From a virus (Duplodnaviria > Caudoviricetes), in the IMG/VR virus record IMGVR_UViG_3300033076_001153, positions 1-31,353 of that record: a stretch of 31,353 bases of DNA; one strand, given 5' to 3'. Position 1 is the stretch's first letter, and every line of letters starts with the position of its first letter. Shown piece by piece: positions 16,195 to 25,672 of the stretch. The notes beneath the pieces were generated by a model. That model ran no database searches and was not told the origin of the DNA. It worked only from the letters and a program-made list of their open reading frames with translations. Both the position numbers and the translations under genes were made by a program.

Positions 16195-18582
16195 ATGGCT
16201 GATAATAATCAAGATCCTAAGAAATTAGCAGAGGAAAACAACCTACTAAGACAGCAAAATAACTTACTTGAACAACGTTTAAAAATTCAAGAAGAAGGTT
16301 ATTCTGTGTCTACTGCTTACTTAGAATCTCTAAAAGAAGCTTTAGGTATTCAGACCAGACTCTCACAGAGAGAATCTGACACTTTGGATATAAATAAAAA
16401 ACTTCAAAAAGCTATTAAAGAGCAAAGCACAGAATTAAATTCGATTGCTCAGAAGACAAAGGAAATCGCTAAGAATGAAGATTTAATTCAGAAAGCAAAC
16501 TTAACAATCCGAGGGCTACAAGCTACCATTAGTGAAGATCGTAAAAAGCAAGTAAATGAAACCGCTAAAGCTGTTCAACTTCAAAATAGTTTAGTTAAAG
16601 AAATAGAAGAAGAGCTTAAAAAAGCAGAAAAAGGTTTAGCTATTGATCAAGAATTATTATTAAGTAAAAAAGCACAACTAGCTGCTGCTGAAGAGGAAGT
16701 TGAACGTAAGACCGAGTTATTAAATCCTTTAGAAAAACAACTATTATATACTAAACTAGTATCAGAAGAGCTTAAAAACCAGACTAAAGAAAGAGAGAAT
16801 GAGAAGAAACTGCTAGATGAAATAGATAAAAAACTAGGAGTTGCTGGAAAGCTTTCAACACTAATAGGAAAAATACCAGGTCTAGGGAACGCTTCTGCAA
16901 AAGCTTTAGAGAAGGTAACTAAAGAGATGAAAGAAGCTGCAGATAGCGGTAAGGAGCTTCCTACCAAAATGCAGACTCTAAAAGGGATTGTAAAAGAAAC
17001 CGGCAAAGGTTTACTTACGGATTTAAAAGATCCGTTAACTCTAATAACAGCAGGAGTAGGGATGTTAGTAAAAGGCTTCCTAGACTCAGACAAAGCCACT
17101 ACCGGACTTCAGAAAAACTTAACTATTTCAAAAGGTGAAGCATTACTGCTAAACGCTCAATTTACCGCTGCTACTTCAAATCTAGATGATATGTTCATCA
17201 GTAGCCGAGACATGATTAAGAGTTTTGGTGCTTTACAGGACAGATTAGGGTCAGTAGGGGAAGTAACAGCAGAATCTGCAGAAACTTTTGCAAGATTAAA
17301 TAAACTAGTTGGGTTAACAGAAGATGAGGCAGCAGGCCTACAGGCACAATCTGCAGCATTCGGAAAGGATTCTGACAAGGTTTATATGTCTCAACTAAAG
17401 ACAACTCACCAACTTTCACAGCAGTATAAAACACAGATAAATCAAAAAGCAGTTTTAGCAGAAGTTGGAAAAGCATCAGCTTATACATTAGTTCAGTTTA
17501 GAGGATCTACCCAAGCCTTAACAGAAGCAGTAGCGAAATCAAAAGCTTTAGGAATTAGTATGGAGACTTTAGGAAAAGTATCCTCAGGACTTCTAGACTT
17601 CCAATCCTCTATCGAAAATGAATTAGCAGCTGAATTACTAACCGGTAAACAGATCAACTTAGAGCAAGCCCGTTATTATGCCTTAACAAATCAACAGTCA
17701 AAGCTAATGGATGAACTAAATTCTCAAATAGGTACATTTAGCGATTTCACTAACATGACTGCAGTTCAACAAGAAGCTTATGCTAAATCTTTAGGTATGA
17801 GCTCAAATGAATTATCTGAGATGTTATTCAAGCAGGAATACAGAGGTAAAACTGAAAAGGAAATTGCAAATATTGCCGATGAAGATTTAAGGAAAAGAGT
17901 AGAAGCACTGTCAGTGCAGGATAAAATGCAATCGGCGATTGATAAACTATCCGCTACTTTTGCAGATTTCGTCGCTGGACCTATAGGAGCTTTCTTAACT
18001 AGTACAACCGGCATATATACAGTGATGGGGCTTATGGCAGTCACTGCATTACCAAAAGTAATCAGTGGATTCGGTGCATTAGTAAAAGTAGCTAAAGCAT
18101 TTAAGATACAGGAGATAGGAGCTGCTATTGCATCTGGTTGGACAGCAGCAATGTCTAGTCCTCAATCACTACTAACCGGTGGTGCTATTGGATTAGCATT
18201 AGGTGCCGGGATAACAGCAGCGATTATAGCTGCAACGAGCGAAGCAGGCGACCTATTCTCAGCAGGAGGGTATGGAAAAAGAACCTTAGTCGCACCAGAA
18301 GGAACTTATAGACTGAACGATAACGATAACATTATCGCAACAACCAATCCAATCAATGTTAACGATATGATATCAGGACCTAAGGGTTCTATAAGACCAC
18401 AAGCACAAGCAATACAATCACAACCGACCAAGAGTGAGATCAGCATAGCACCTGCAAACACCCAGATAAACCTTAATCTAAACGGTGCTGCAATCGGCAA
18501 TGCCAATGCAAGACAGGATTACGGAGTGGGTAGGGGATCTAAGACTTTCGGCGGTGCGGTAGACTACAGTGCACCTATTTAA
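16195..18582 (+). CDS. Tape measure protein
   Basis: 795 aa, helical/coiled-coil, A/L/K/E-rich, with hydrophobic G/A-rich segments near the C-terminus; follows tube and chaperone genes. Confidence 0.85.
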   Translation: MADNNQDPKKLAEENNLLRQQNNLLEQRLKIQEEGYSVSTAYLESLKEALGIQTRLSQRESDTLDINKKLQKAIKEQSTELNSIAQKTKEIAKNEDLIQKANLTIRGLQATISEDRKKQVNETAKAVQLQNSLVKEIEEELKKAEKGLAIDQELLLSKKAQLAAAEEEVERKTELLNPLEKQLLYTKLVSEELKNQTKERENEKKLLDEIDKKLGVAGKLSTLIGKIPGLGNASAKALEKVTKEMKEAADSGKELPTKMQTLKGIVKETGKGLLTDLKDPLTLITAGVGMLVKGFLDSDKATTGLQKNLTISKGEALLLNAQFTAATSNLDDMFISSRDMIKSFGALQDRLGSVGEVTAESAETFARLNKLVGLTEDEAAGLQAQSAAFGKDSDKVYMSQLKTTHQLSQQYKTQINQKAVLAEVGKASAYTLVQFRGSTQALTEAVAKSKALGISMETLGKVSSGLLDFQSSIENELAAELLTGKQINLEQARYYALTNQQSKLMDELNSQIGTFSDFTNMTAVQQEAYAKSLGMSSNELSEMLFKQEYRGKTEKEIANIADEDLRKRVEALSVQDKMQSAIDKLSATFADFVAGPIGAFLTSTTGIYTVMGLMAVTALPKVISGFGALVKVAKAFKIQEIGAAIASGWTAAMSSPQSLLTGGAIGLALGAGITAAIIAATSEAGDLFSAGGYGKRTLVAPEGTYRLNDNDNIIATTNPINVNDMISGPKGSIRPQAQAIQSQPTKSEISIAPANTQINLNLNGAAIGNANARQDYGVGRGSKTFGGAVDYSAPI

Positions 18583-18591
18583 ACTTACAAA

Positions 18592-18599
18592 TATTTATA
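18592..18599 (+). promoter_or_regulatory. TATTTATA motif (putative late promoter)
   Basis: Exact octamer 13 nt upstream of ATG 18613. Confidence 0.7.
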
Positions 18600-18612
18600 A
18601 CTAAACAATACC

Positions 18613-18900
18613 ATGGGAATACAAGATATACTTCTTAACAAAGGCTCAGTCTATACACCATACGACGGGGCAACACCAGCTGTAAATCCTTTAGCTACAC
18701 AGGCTTCTAAAATGCATGCCGATCTAGCAGGAACACCTGGTTATTCTTTAGACGGTGCAAGTGTTAGTGCAGTTAATACAGCCTTCAATCAATACAATGA
18801 TGGAATGAATAACGTATTACCACAGCCTTCAGTACTAGACCTAAACGGTAAAACACCAAGTAAATACAAAAACCCAGAAAAAGGAACAACCTACCCTTAA
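18613..18900 (+). CDS. Hypothetical protein (tail/baseplate region)
   Basis: 95 aa ORF, TAATG-coupled to the next gene. Confidence 0.6.
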   Translation: MGIQDILLNKGSVYTPYDGATPAVNPLATQASKMHADLAGTPGYSLDGASVSAVNTAFNQYNDGMNNVLPQPSVLDLNGKTPSKYKNPEKGTTYP

Positions 18901-21080
18901 TGGCATTAAAGGATTTATTAACCGACCTATCATCCTTTTATAAGGATAATCCCTACCAGGCAAAATACAAAACAAAAGCCGGGCCGGTTAATGCTTTGGA
19001 AACTCCTTTTAATCAAAGAAGCTTAAAATTCGGTAATGATAGACCGGGCGGGGGTAGTAGTGGACAGCCTTTCATTCAACAGTCATTACCGGGAGTTGAT
19101 TCAGACCCTAATGCACCGTTTCCAGATTTCCTATTAAGAGATCCTAAAAATGCTCTTAATGATAGGGTAGATGACCTAAAGAGAATAAGTAAATTTTTAG
19201 TATCTACCGAAGGTGGTTTGTTCATAGCTAAGCAGGAATTACTTTCCTTACAGAACCCGATAGTACCAGGAAGACCTAATAGATCAACACCGGTTTCGGG
19301 ACTGTACAATCCGCTGATGACCCTTGCTCAGGTAGGAGCAGCAGGTACTGGATTACATATTGAAAAACAGGGATTGTTTCCCATCTTTTCAAATACCGAT
19401 AAGTATGCGTATGTTTATAAGAATGATCACAGCACTGAGAATACCAACAGGCTAACCATCCTTTATAATTTTAAAATTCAAGATAGACAGCCTTCAATTG
19501 CAAGAGCAAATGCTGCGTTACTAGGAATTTCAACAAATGAAAATCTTATCTCGTCTTATATTGGAGGGCCTAATGTGGGTCTATCAGGAAAGACTAACAT
19601 AGGGTTTGCATCTGATAGATTATCACCTTCTGCTATGCAGGAGAAAATTGATGCTTCTTTATTAAACTCACAGAATAAAACCTTAGATACTAGGATTAAT
19701 TACACCGGATCTTTAGGAGTTTCTTATAAAGCGAGTGATTTAGGTTATATTCAAATAGACACAGGTAATTCTGATACTAACAGCACAGACTGGTTAGGAC
19801 AGAACAGTGTTTATGCTTTAGGTACTTCAAATACCTTCCCAATACCTAATTTAACTAACACAACAGGTAAAGGAGTTTACACCCTTACCCAGCAGCAATT
19901 AGCAGCTAAAACTTCAATTCTAAAATCAGGACTTAGTATTCCTCAAGATTTTAGACAGGAGATAATAGACACAAATAAAAACATCCCAGCACCGCTTGGA
20001 TTATTTGCTTTTAATTACCAATCTGCTAAGATTAACAGAGAAGAGAGAGTAGGATTAGGAAACCCAGGTAAAAGAACCAGGGATAGATCTAAATTAGCAT
20101 CTTACGATAACGCAACAGTGGATAGAATCAATATGTTACCTCTCTACTATGATAATATTGTTCTAGACCCGGATGTATTAACCCGTGATTTGGTAAAGTT
20201 TAGATTTGAGGTTATTGATAACGCAGACCCTAAGTTTTCAACTTTCGTACATTTTAGAGCATTTCTTGGAGCAATTAATGATAGCTTTAAAGCAGATTGG
20301 AGCCCTATAAAATATATTGGTAGAGGGGAAAATTTTTACAACTATAATGGCTTTTCTAGAGATATTAGCTTTTCTTTTAAAGTACATCCTCAATCAAGAG
20401 CTGAAATGAAATCAATCTATCAGAAGCTGCAGTACCTTGCTTCCTCGCTTGCACCAGACTATAAAGGTGGGTACATGAAAGGAAACTTAGTGAGGTTAAC
20501 TATTGGCGACTATCTTTATATTGTGCCTGGCTTTATCTCAAACTTAACCTATAACATACCAGAGGAAGCATCTTGGGAAATCTCATTAACAGAACCAGAA
20601 GGTGGAGTGGATGTAGGAACAATGGAAACACCGAAGTTCTTCGATGTTAATGTTTCATTTACACCAATTCATGATTTCGTACCTCAAGTAGGTAATAATA
20701 AAAAGACAGCTTTGATAACACCTGCTAGAGCAACCAACACATACCTAGATACAATAGGTTACAACTCAGATGATAGGGTAGGTACGAATAATAAGATTTA
20801 TAATTTTAATAATGATTATAAGAAGGGAGAGTTTAGTTTTAATCAAGGTACAGGTTCAAAAGCAGATCAAGATTATATAACAGCTACGAACTTACAGCAG
20901 TTTGCAACCGGAGAAGTTGTCGGTAGCATTGGTAAAGCAACTCCGAGAAAAACTAAAGTTGAAGTGGGTCCTATAAAAGACTTAGATGCATTGATGGGAC
21001 AGAATCAAAAAGCACAGACGCCGAAAAAGGCAAAAGTAGAGGTACCACCGACACCTGCAAAGACTAAAAAGAAGAACTAA
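18900..21080 (+). CDS. Baseplate / tail tube initiator-like protein
   Basis: C-terminal tube-fold-like segment (FRAFLGAINDSF...W...YIGRGE...YNGFSRDISFSF...RLTIGDY...GFISNLTY...W) preceding a LysM gene, the usual contractile-tail order. Confidence 0.65.
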   Translation: MALKDLLTDLSSFYKDNPYQAKYKTKAGPVNALETPFNQRSLKFGNDRPGGGSSGQPFIQQSLPGVDSDPNAPFPDFLLRDPKNALNDRVDDLKRISKFLVSTEGGLFIAKQELLSLQNPIVPGRPNRSTPVSGLYNPLMTLAQVGAAGTGLHIEKQGLFPIFSNTDKYAYVYKNDHSTENTNRLTILYNFKIQDRQPSIARANAALLGISTNENLISSYIGGPNVGLSGKTNIGFASDRLSPSAMQEKIDASLLNSQNKTLDTRINYTGSLGVSYKASDLGYIQIDTGNSDTNSTDWLGQNSVYALGTSNTFPIPNLTNTTGKGVYTLTQQQLAAKTSILKSGLSIPQDFRQEIIDTNKNIPAPLGLFAFNYQSAKINREERVGLGNPGKRTRDRSKLASYDNATVDRINMLPLYYDNIVLDPDVLTRDLVKFRFEVIDNADPKFSTFVHFRAFLGAINDSFKADWSPIKYIGRGENFYNYNGFSRDISFSFKVHPQSRAEMKSIYQKLQYLASSLAPDYKGGYMKGNLVRLTIGDYLYIVPGFISNLTYNIPEEASWEISLTEPEGGVDVGTMETPKFFDVNVSFTPIHDFVPQVGNNKKTALITPARATNTYLDTIGYNSDDRVGTNNKIYNFNNDYKKGEFSFNQGTGSKADQDYITATNLQQFATGEVVGSIGKATPRKTKVEVGPIKDLDALMGQNQKAQTPKKAKVEVPPTPAKTKKKN

Positions 21081-21382
21081 TGAATAGATACGCAGATACA
21101 CCGCTATACAAAACCTCAACCGGGATTCAATACCAGGGACTAACCAGGTATCCAGAAATCCCATACGGGGAAGATGATATCTATACATTTCCGGTGGAAG
21201 GTGATAGACTTGATAACCTAGCATACCAGTTTTACGGAGATTCAACTTTATACTGGGTAATAGCAGCTGCTAACCCTCAAATTGCATACAATTTACTCTA
21301 CACAGTACCAGGAGTACAGTTACGCATTCCTTTCCCACTTGATAGAGTTTTAAATAGTTTTAATGATATAAACAATGGCTAA
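21080..21382 (+). CDS. LysM-like baseplate wedge protein (gp53 / P2 gpX-like)
   Basis: EGDRLDNLAYQFYGDSTLYWVIAAAN...PGVQLRIP. Confidence 0.85.
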   Translation: MNRYADTPLYKTSTGIQYQGLTRYPEIPYGEDDIYTFPVEGDRLDNLAYQFYGDSTLYWVIAAANPQIAYNLLYTVPGVQLRIPFPLDRVLNSFNDINNG

Positions 21383-22895
21383 AATTTTAGGTTTACCTTT
21401 TGATAGTTATGTTGATAAGCAAGTTAATATTAGACAAGCAAAACTTGCAAAACACCAAAAAGACCCTGAGGACTTAGTAGTATTTAATTCTAATACGGCC
21501 TGGGTAAGACTTTCTTCTGGAGTTAAAATCGAACCAGATAAAGCAACTACCCTAAGTACAAAGTTAGGAGTAAGCCAGGGTGAGATCGTAGGTACAAAAC
21601 TTGCAAGTAAGTTAGTATTATTCGGCGGTTCAGCCGGATATTCAAACACCTCAGGCTCAGTAACATTTGATGGACCAAGAGGAGGAGTGGGGTATGGGTT
21701 AAATAATGCATACGGATTTTTAACAACCTCAGATCAAGGACTAAAACCACCGCCAGGCATCACAAACATAAGCAGTGCTTATAAAAATAATGGATCTTTA
21801 AGACAGGCACAGGTATCTATAAAATGCTATAGTAGATCTCAATTTGAGGCTTTAGAAGCTATTTACTTAAGACTTGGCTATACTGTTGTATTAGAATGGG
21901 GTAACTCAGTGTACTTTGACAACAACGGGAACGTTCAGCAAACACAAGTTCACCTTGTACCAAACGTACTGTATGCAAATGAGGAGAATGTAGATCCGGA
22001 CACAGTAAGAGAAAAAATACAGAAGAATAAAATAGATGCAGCATGTAATTATGATGCAATGATGGCTAAAGTTTCTAATTTCTCCTGGAACCTAAATGAA
22101 GATCTAAGCTTTGATATTAAACTTGATTTAATTTCTGTTGGTGATATTATAGATTCACTAAAAGCTAACCTAGGAGGTTCAGCAGGAGCTGTATCAGTTC
22201 AAATAGAAGCTTCAGGAAGTATTCAGAATCTCGTTAATATTGTAGTTAATAAAGAAGTCTCAAAAGTTAATAAATTATTTTATGAGATGTACGATGAAGT
22301 ATTTAAAGGCCTTCTTGGGAAATTTGGAAGTCCGGAAAATAAGAAAGTTATAGAGCAGGTTAATAATGTAGAAAAAACAGTAGGTATAATAGATGAGATA
22401 AAAAGTAAATACAACACTACATTATTTGATAAATTATATGAACCTTATAATCTATATAAACAAGTTGTAGCGATCTGGGAAGAGTTGAAAAAAACTTACA
22501 CTATTTTTATACAAGATCCAAGAATTGTAGATCTTGCACAAAGACTAGGTTATAGCGACGGTAATGACCTATTTAATAATTTAATAGTACGAACCTATAA
22601 TGCAAGTAATGCAGCACAGTCTGTGGAGGATTATAAAGCAAAAGTAGATAAGCTAAAAAGTTATTTTGAAACTATAAAACCAGCAACAGAGGAACAAGGG
22701 ACAAAGCAACTTGAGTATTTAAAAAACTCTGCTGATCCATTAGGCGATCTAGTAAGAGCATTAGATGTAGGAGCATTTGATGCGGATAAAAAATATAAAA
22801 TAGCAGATGTGGAATTTGAAGATGGAATAGGGGATTATGATTTCACCAAACTTCTTCAGGATATCTTCTTTAAGAAGTATAATTTTGACGGATAA
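21375..22895 (+). CDS. Baseplate hub-like protein, N-terminal part
   Basis: PPPGITNI...GSLRQAQVSIKCY...LRLGYTVVLEWG...KVSNFSWNL: hub (gp27/gpD-like) N-terminal pattern; position after LysM gene. Confidence 0.6.
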   Translation: MAKILGLPFDSYVDKQVNIRQAKLAKHQKDPEDLVVFNSNTAWVRLSSGVKIEPDKATTLSTKLGVSQGEIVGTKLASKLVLFGGSAGYSNTSGSVTFDGPRGGVGYGLNNAYGFLTTSDQGLKPPPGITNISSAYKNNGSLRQAQVSIKCYSRSQFEALEAIYLRLGYTVVLEWGNSVYFDNNGNVQQTQVHLVPNVLYANEENVDPDTVREKIQKNKIDAACNYDAMMAKVSNFSWNLNEDLSFDIKLDLISVGDIIDSLKANLGGSAGAVSVQIEASGSIQNLVNIVVNKEVSKVNKLFYEMYDEVFKGLLGKFGSPENKKVIEQVNNVEKTVGIIDEIKSKYNTTLFDKLYEPYNLYKQVVAIWEELKKTYTIFIQDPRIVDLAQRLGYSDGNDLFNNLIVRTYNASNAAQSVEDYKAKVDKLKSYFETIKPATEEQGTKQLEYLKNSADPLGDLVRALDVGAFDADKKYKIADVEFEDGIGDYDFTKLLQDIFFKKYNFDG

Positions 22896-22898
22896 GAT

Positions 22899-24239
22899 AT
22901 GGGAGAATTTACAGATTTTATAAAAGAAGTTACTCAGTCAGAGTATTATAGAGGAGCTAACATCTTACAGTACAGCGATGGAGGAGGGGAATTATATGTT
23001 TCCTTTCAAGTACTTTTACGTTTTTTAGAAGAACAGGTAAATATAAAATCAAATGGGAAACCTATTTTAAAAATAGACTGGGAAAGTGACAAGCCTTTCT
23101 TTGCATTCTCTACATCTGTTTCCTTCAATCTACTAAAATGTTATTTGTATAATTCGTATATCCCGAATAGTGATGGTGCATTTTCACAGCAGAATGTTTT
23201 TACTTTTCATCCATTTACTCATTTCTCAACACCGACAGCAAAACCAGATTTTCAAACTGAAGAACAGGCAATAGCAAGCGGTAAAATTGTAGAGATTAAC
23301 GATCAATACACTAAAAAGTACCCAACAGACAAGGTTTATAGAACTTACCCCCAGATTGGTAATATAAATTACATTTACCTAAATGCCGGATTTGTTGCCG
23401 AGCAGATGACCAAACAAGCAGAACCTTCCGATACTACAGTTAGTGTTAGGAAGTTGTTACAAGCTATTTGCGACGAAGTAGGGAAAGCACTAGGAAGTAT
23501 CAACGACTTTCAGGTTGTATTAGACGATGATGAAAATAAATTAACAATCATTGACTATAATCAGAAAAGAATAAAAGGACTTGCAAATACCAAAGGAGCA
23601 AAAGTAACAGAAATAAAAGCACAAGGTTTAGGAAGCTTTGTCACAAGCATTTCTGCTCAGAGCAGTATTACCCCGGAACTCGCTTCTACAATCTCAATTG
23701 GTGCACAAGCCAATGGAAATAAACCAGGTGTAGAAGCAGTATCTTTTAGTCTGATGAACAAAGGGCTTATTGATAGACTTTATGTTGAAAAATCTGCACC
23801 AGGTGAAACTAGTCAAACAGATAAGGACTTACTTGCAAGATCTGAAAAAGAAAAAAGTACAAAGTACGAACAAACCCGTGCAGCGTATATAACCTTTATT
23901 GCAAACCAAAAAGAGAATAGTGACAAAATTACTTTTAAATCAACAGATAAACTAAACCTTGAGAATATTTGTGCAGATTTTTATAAAGCACTTTTAGGAG
24001 CTTATACAAACGATAAGCAAACTGCTACAAGTTTCATCCCGGTAAAGTTAGACTTAAGCCTGGCAGGTATGAGCGGAATAAAAATATTCCAAAGATTTAC
24101 AATCTCAGGAGATGTACTTCCTTATACCTACAAAGATAACTTTGACTTTGTAATAACTGGTGTGAGTCATGAAGTTAGCAGTAACGGAAGGTGGACAACT
24201 AAACTTTCTGCTATTATAGCTTTGAAAGATAACATATAA
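22899..24239 (+). CDS. Baseplate hub-like protein, C-terminal part
   Basis: Ends in IPVKLDLSLAGMSGIKIFQRF...FVITGVSHEVSSNGRWTTKL, the typical C-terminal barrel of gp27/gpD-like hubs; same frame as the upstream ORF. Confidence 0.65.
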   Translation: MGEFTDFIKEVTQSEYYRGANILQYSDGGGELYVSFQVLLRFLEEQVNIKSNGKPILKIDWESDKPFFAFSTSVSFNLLKCYLYNSYIPNSDGAFSQQNVFTFHPFTHFSTPTAKPDFQTEEQAIASGKIVEINDQYTKKYPTDKVYRTYPQIGNINYIYLNAGFVAEQMTKQAEPSDTTVSVRKLLQAICDEVGKALGSINDFQVVLDDDENKLTIIDYNQKRIKGLANTKGAKVTEIKAQGLGSFVTSISAQSSITPELASTISIGAQANGNKPGVEAVSFSLMNKGLIDRLYVEKSAPGETSQTDKDLLARSEKEKSTKYEQTRAAYITFIANQKENSDKITFKSTDKLNLENICADFYKALLGAYTNDKQTATSFIPVKLDLSLAGMSGIKIFQRFTISGDVLPYTYKDNFDFVITGVSHEVSSNGRWTTKLSAIIALKDNI

Positions 24240-24245
24240 GGTTTA

Positions 24246-24253
24246 TATTTATA
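24246..24253 (+). promoter_or_regulatory. TATTTATA motif (putative late promoter)
   Basis: Exact octamer 4 nt upstream of ATG 24258. Confidence 0.7.
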
Positions 24254-24257
24254 ATAT

Positions 24258-25007
24258 ATGCCTTCAGGTAGTTTTTACTTAACAGATAGATTTGAACCGG
24301 TTGCAAGTGTAAGCCTGGCAGGGAGCAATGTTCCTTTTCTAGATCAAGCAGCCTTTCAAATAAAGACTGGTAAAATTACTAAGAACGTAAGTGATTTTGC
24401 GACAGTAACTAAACAAGTTATTGCTAACTTAGAAGGTGGTTATTTTAATCCCGTTTACCACTCCACTGGAGATTCCAGATACAGTACGTCCGGAGAAACG
24501 ATGTTCGGGATTGATAGAAAACAAGGAGGTAGTATCAATACTTCAAAAGCAGGGATAAGCTTTTGGTCAAAAATAGATGCTGCACAAAGAGAGAAAAAAT
24601 GGAGGTGGAATTACATACCACCAGACCCACTACAGACTGAATTGCTAAACCTTGTAGTTCAGATGATGGAACCACAGTATAATAAATACGTTAGTGGTTA
24701 TATAGGACAACAAAACAACGGTGATAAAGTTATAAGTATTATTAATTCAGACGGGAGATTAAAGTTTCATTTTGTGTATGCAGTTTGGAACGGACCAGGC
24801 TGGTTTCAAGGTTTTGCAAATAAAGTAGTACAAGCTTATAATTCAGGAAAGAAAACCGCTGATGATTTACTAAAAGTAGCAATCTACAGCAGACTAAACA
24901 GTACAGGAGTTTTAGGAACTAACAGCCCAGCCCCGGGAGGTTCTGCCTGGTCGTTAATTAACCAAGGGGGAACTAAGATAGCAGAATTAGTAGGAGTAAC
25001 CGTGTAA
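24258..25007 (+). CDS. GH108-like peptidoglycan hydrolase (tail-associated lysozyme or endolysin)
   Basis: LEGGYFNP...D...GETMFGIDR resembles the GH108 EGGY...D.GG.T..GI catalytic motif. Confidence 0.65.
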   Translation: MPSGSFYLTDRFEPVASVSLAGSNVPFLDQAAFQIKTGKITKNVSDFATVTKQVIANLEGGYFNPVYHSTGDSRYSTSGETMFGIDRKQGGSINTSKAGISFWSKIDAAQREKKWRWNYIPPDPLQTELLNLVVQMMEPQYNKYVSGYIGQQNNGDKVISIINSDGRLKFHFVYAVWNGPGWFQGFANKVVQAYNSGKKTADDLLKVAIYSRLNSTGVLGTNSPAPGGSAWSLINQGGTKIAELVGVTV

Positions 25008-25627
25008 TGTATTTTCCAAAATCCAAAATAATACCAGATCAATATACTAACGGTAACGAGTTAGTTTATAAAGATAACAACCAGCTGTACCAAGGATACT
25101 ACCATATACTTGCTAACGGTACAATTTTTACTGGTAAAAATACAACTGATGGAATACCGAGAGAGTTAATTTTTTTACAAAATTCACAGCAAACCGCAGA
25201 TAGCGGTTTAGAAGTATACGCACCATCACCAACTTCTATTTTTAAATTATACAATTTTGAAACTTCTAAACTCTACTACGATAACATAAGATTGAAAAAA
25301 GGAATAGAGTATCCGCTTACAACTTTAATAGAGCCGGTGTATGCTTTACCAACTCCTTCTTATCCGTCTTTTATTCGATACTTTGTAAAAAGGGTGAACA
25401 GTAATACGTATCTTGAAATAAGTAAAGAAACTTACAGTAATTTAGAAAGTAAGAATAATGCTTACAACTGGCCGGCTTATCTTATATTTACACTCCCTTG
25501 GACAACCGGAGGAGCTTCTAGACAAGAGATTCAAAAAATCAACCGTAATATAGTACTGCTTACTGAACAACGATTGAAACTTTACGGATTCTCTCAATAC
25601 ATAACAGATTATACTGAATTTGCCTGA
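25007..25627 (+). CDS. Hypothetical protein, last gene of the baseplate operon
   Basis: 206 aa, Tyr-rich, TAATG-coupled to the lysozyme gene. Confidence 0.6.
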   Translation: MYFPKSKIIPDQYTNGNELVYKDNNQLYQGYYHILANGTIFTGKNTTDGIPRELIFLQNSQQTADSGLEVYAPSPTSIFKLYNFETSKLYYDNIRLKKGIEYPLTTLIEPVYALPTPSYPSFIRYFVKRVNSNTYLEISKETYSNLESKNNAYNWPAYLIFTLPWTTGGASRQEIQKINRNIVLLTEQRLKLYGFSQYITDYTEFA

Positions 25628-25630
25628 TAA

Positions 25631-25662
25631 GTTGGTATTCTAATCAAACTTTCGTATCTTTA
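25631..25662 (+). promoter_or_regulatory. Bacteroidota-type (-33/-7) promoter
   Basis: GTTG (25631-25634), 20 nt, TATCTTTA (25655-25662); consensus for the Bacteroidota primary sigma is TTTG-N19-21-TAnnTTTG. Confidence 0.7.
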
Positions 25663-25672
25663 GTTAAAGGTT

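Noticed and set aside
11607-24239. Bacterial contractile injection system (eCIS/tailocin) rather than a phage
   Set aside because: Head-tail neck genes, gp32-like SSB, recombinase, polymerase and a homing endonuclease indicate a replicating phage genome.
5867-25009. Frequent TAATG stop-start overlaps (5869, 8906, 9220, 9741, 18900, 21080, 25007)
   Set aside because: Ordinary translational coupling in phage operons.
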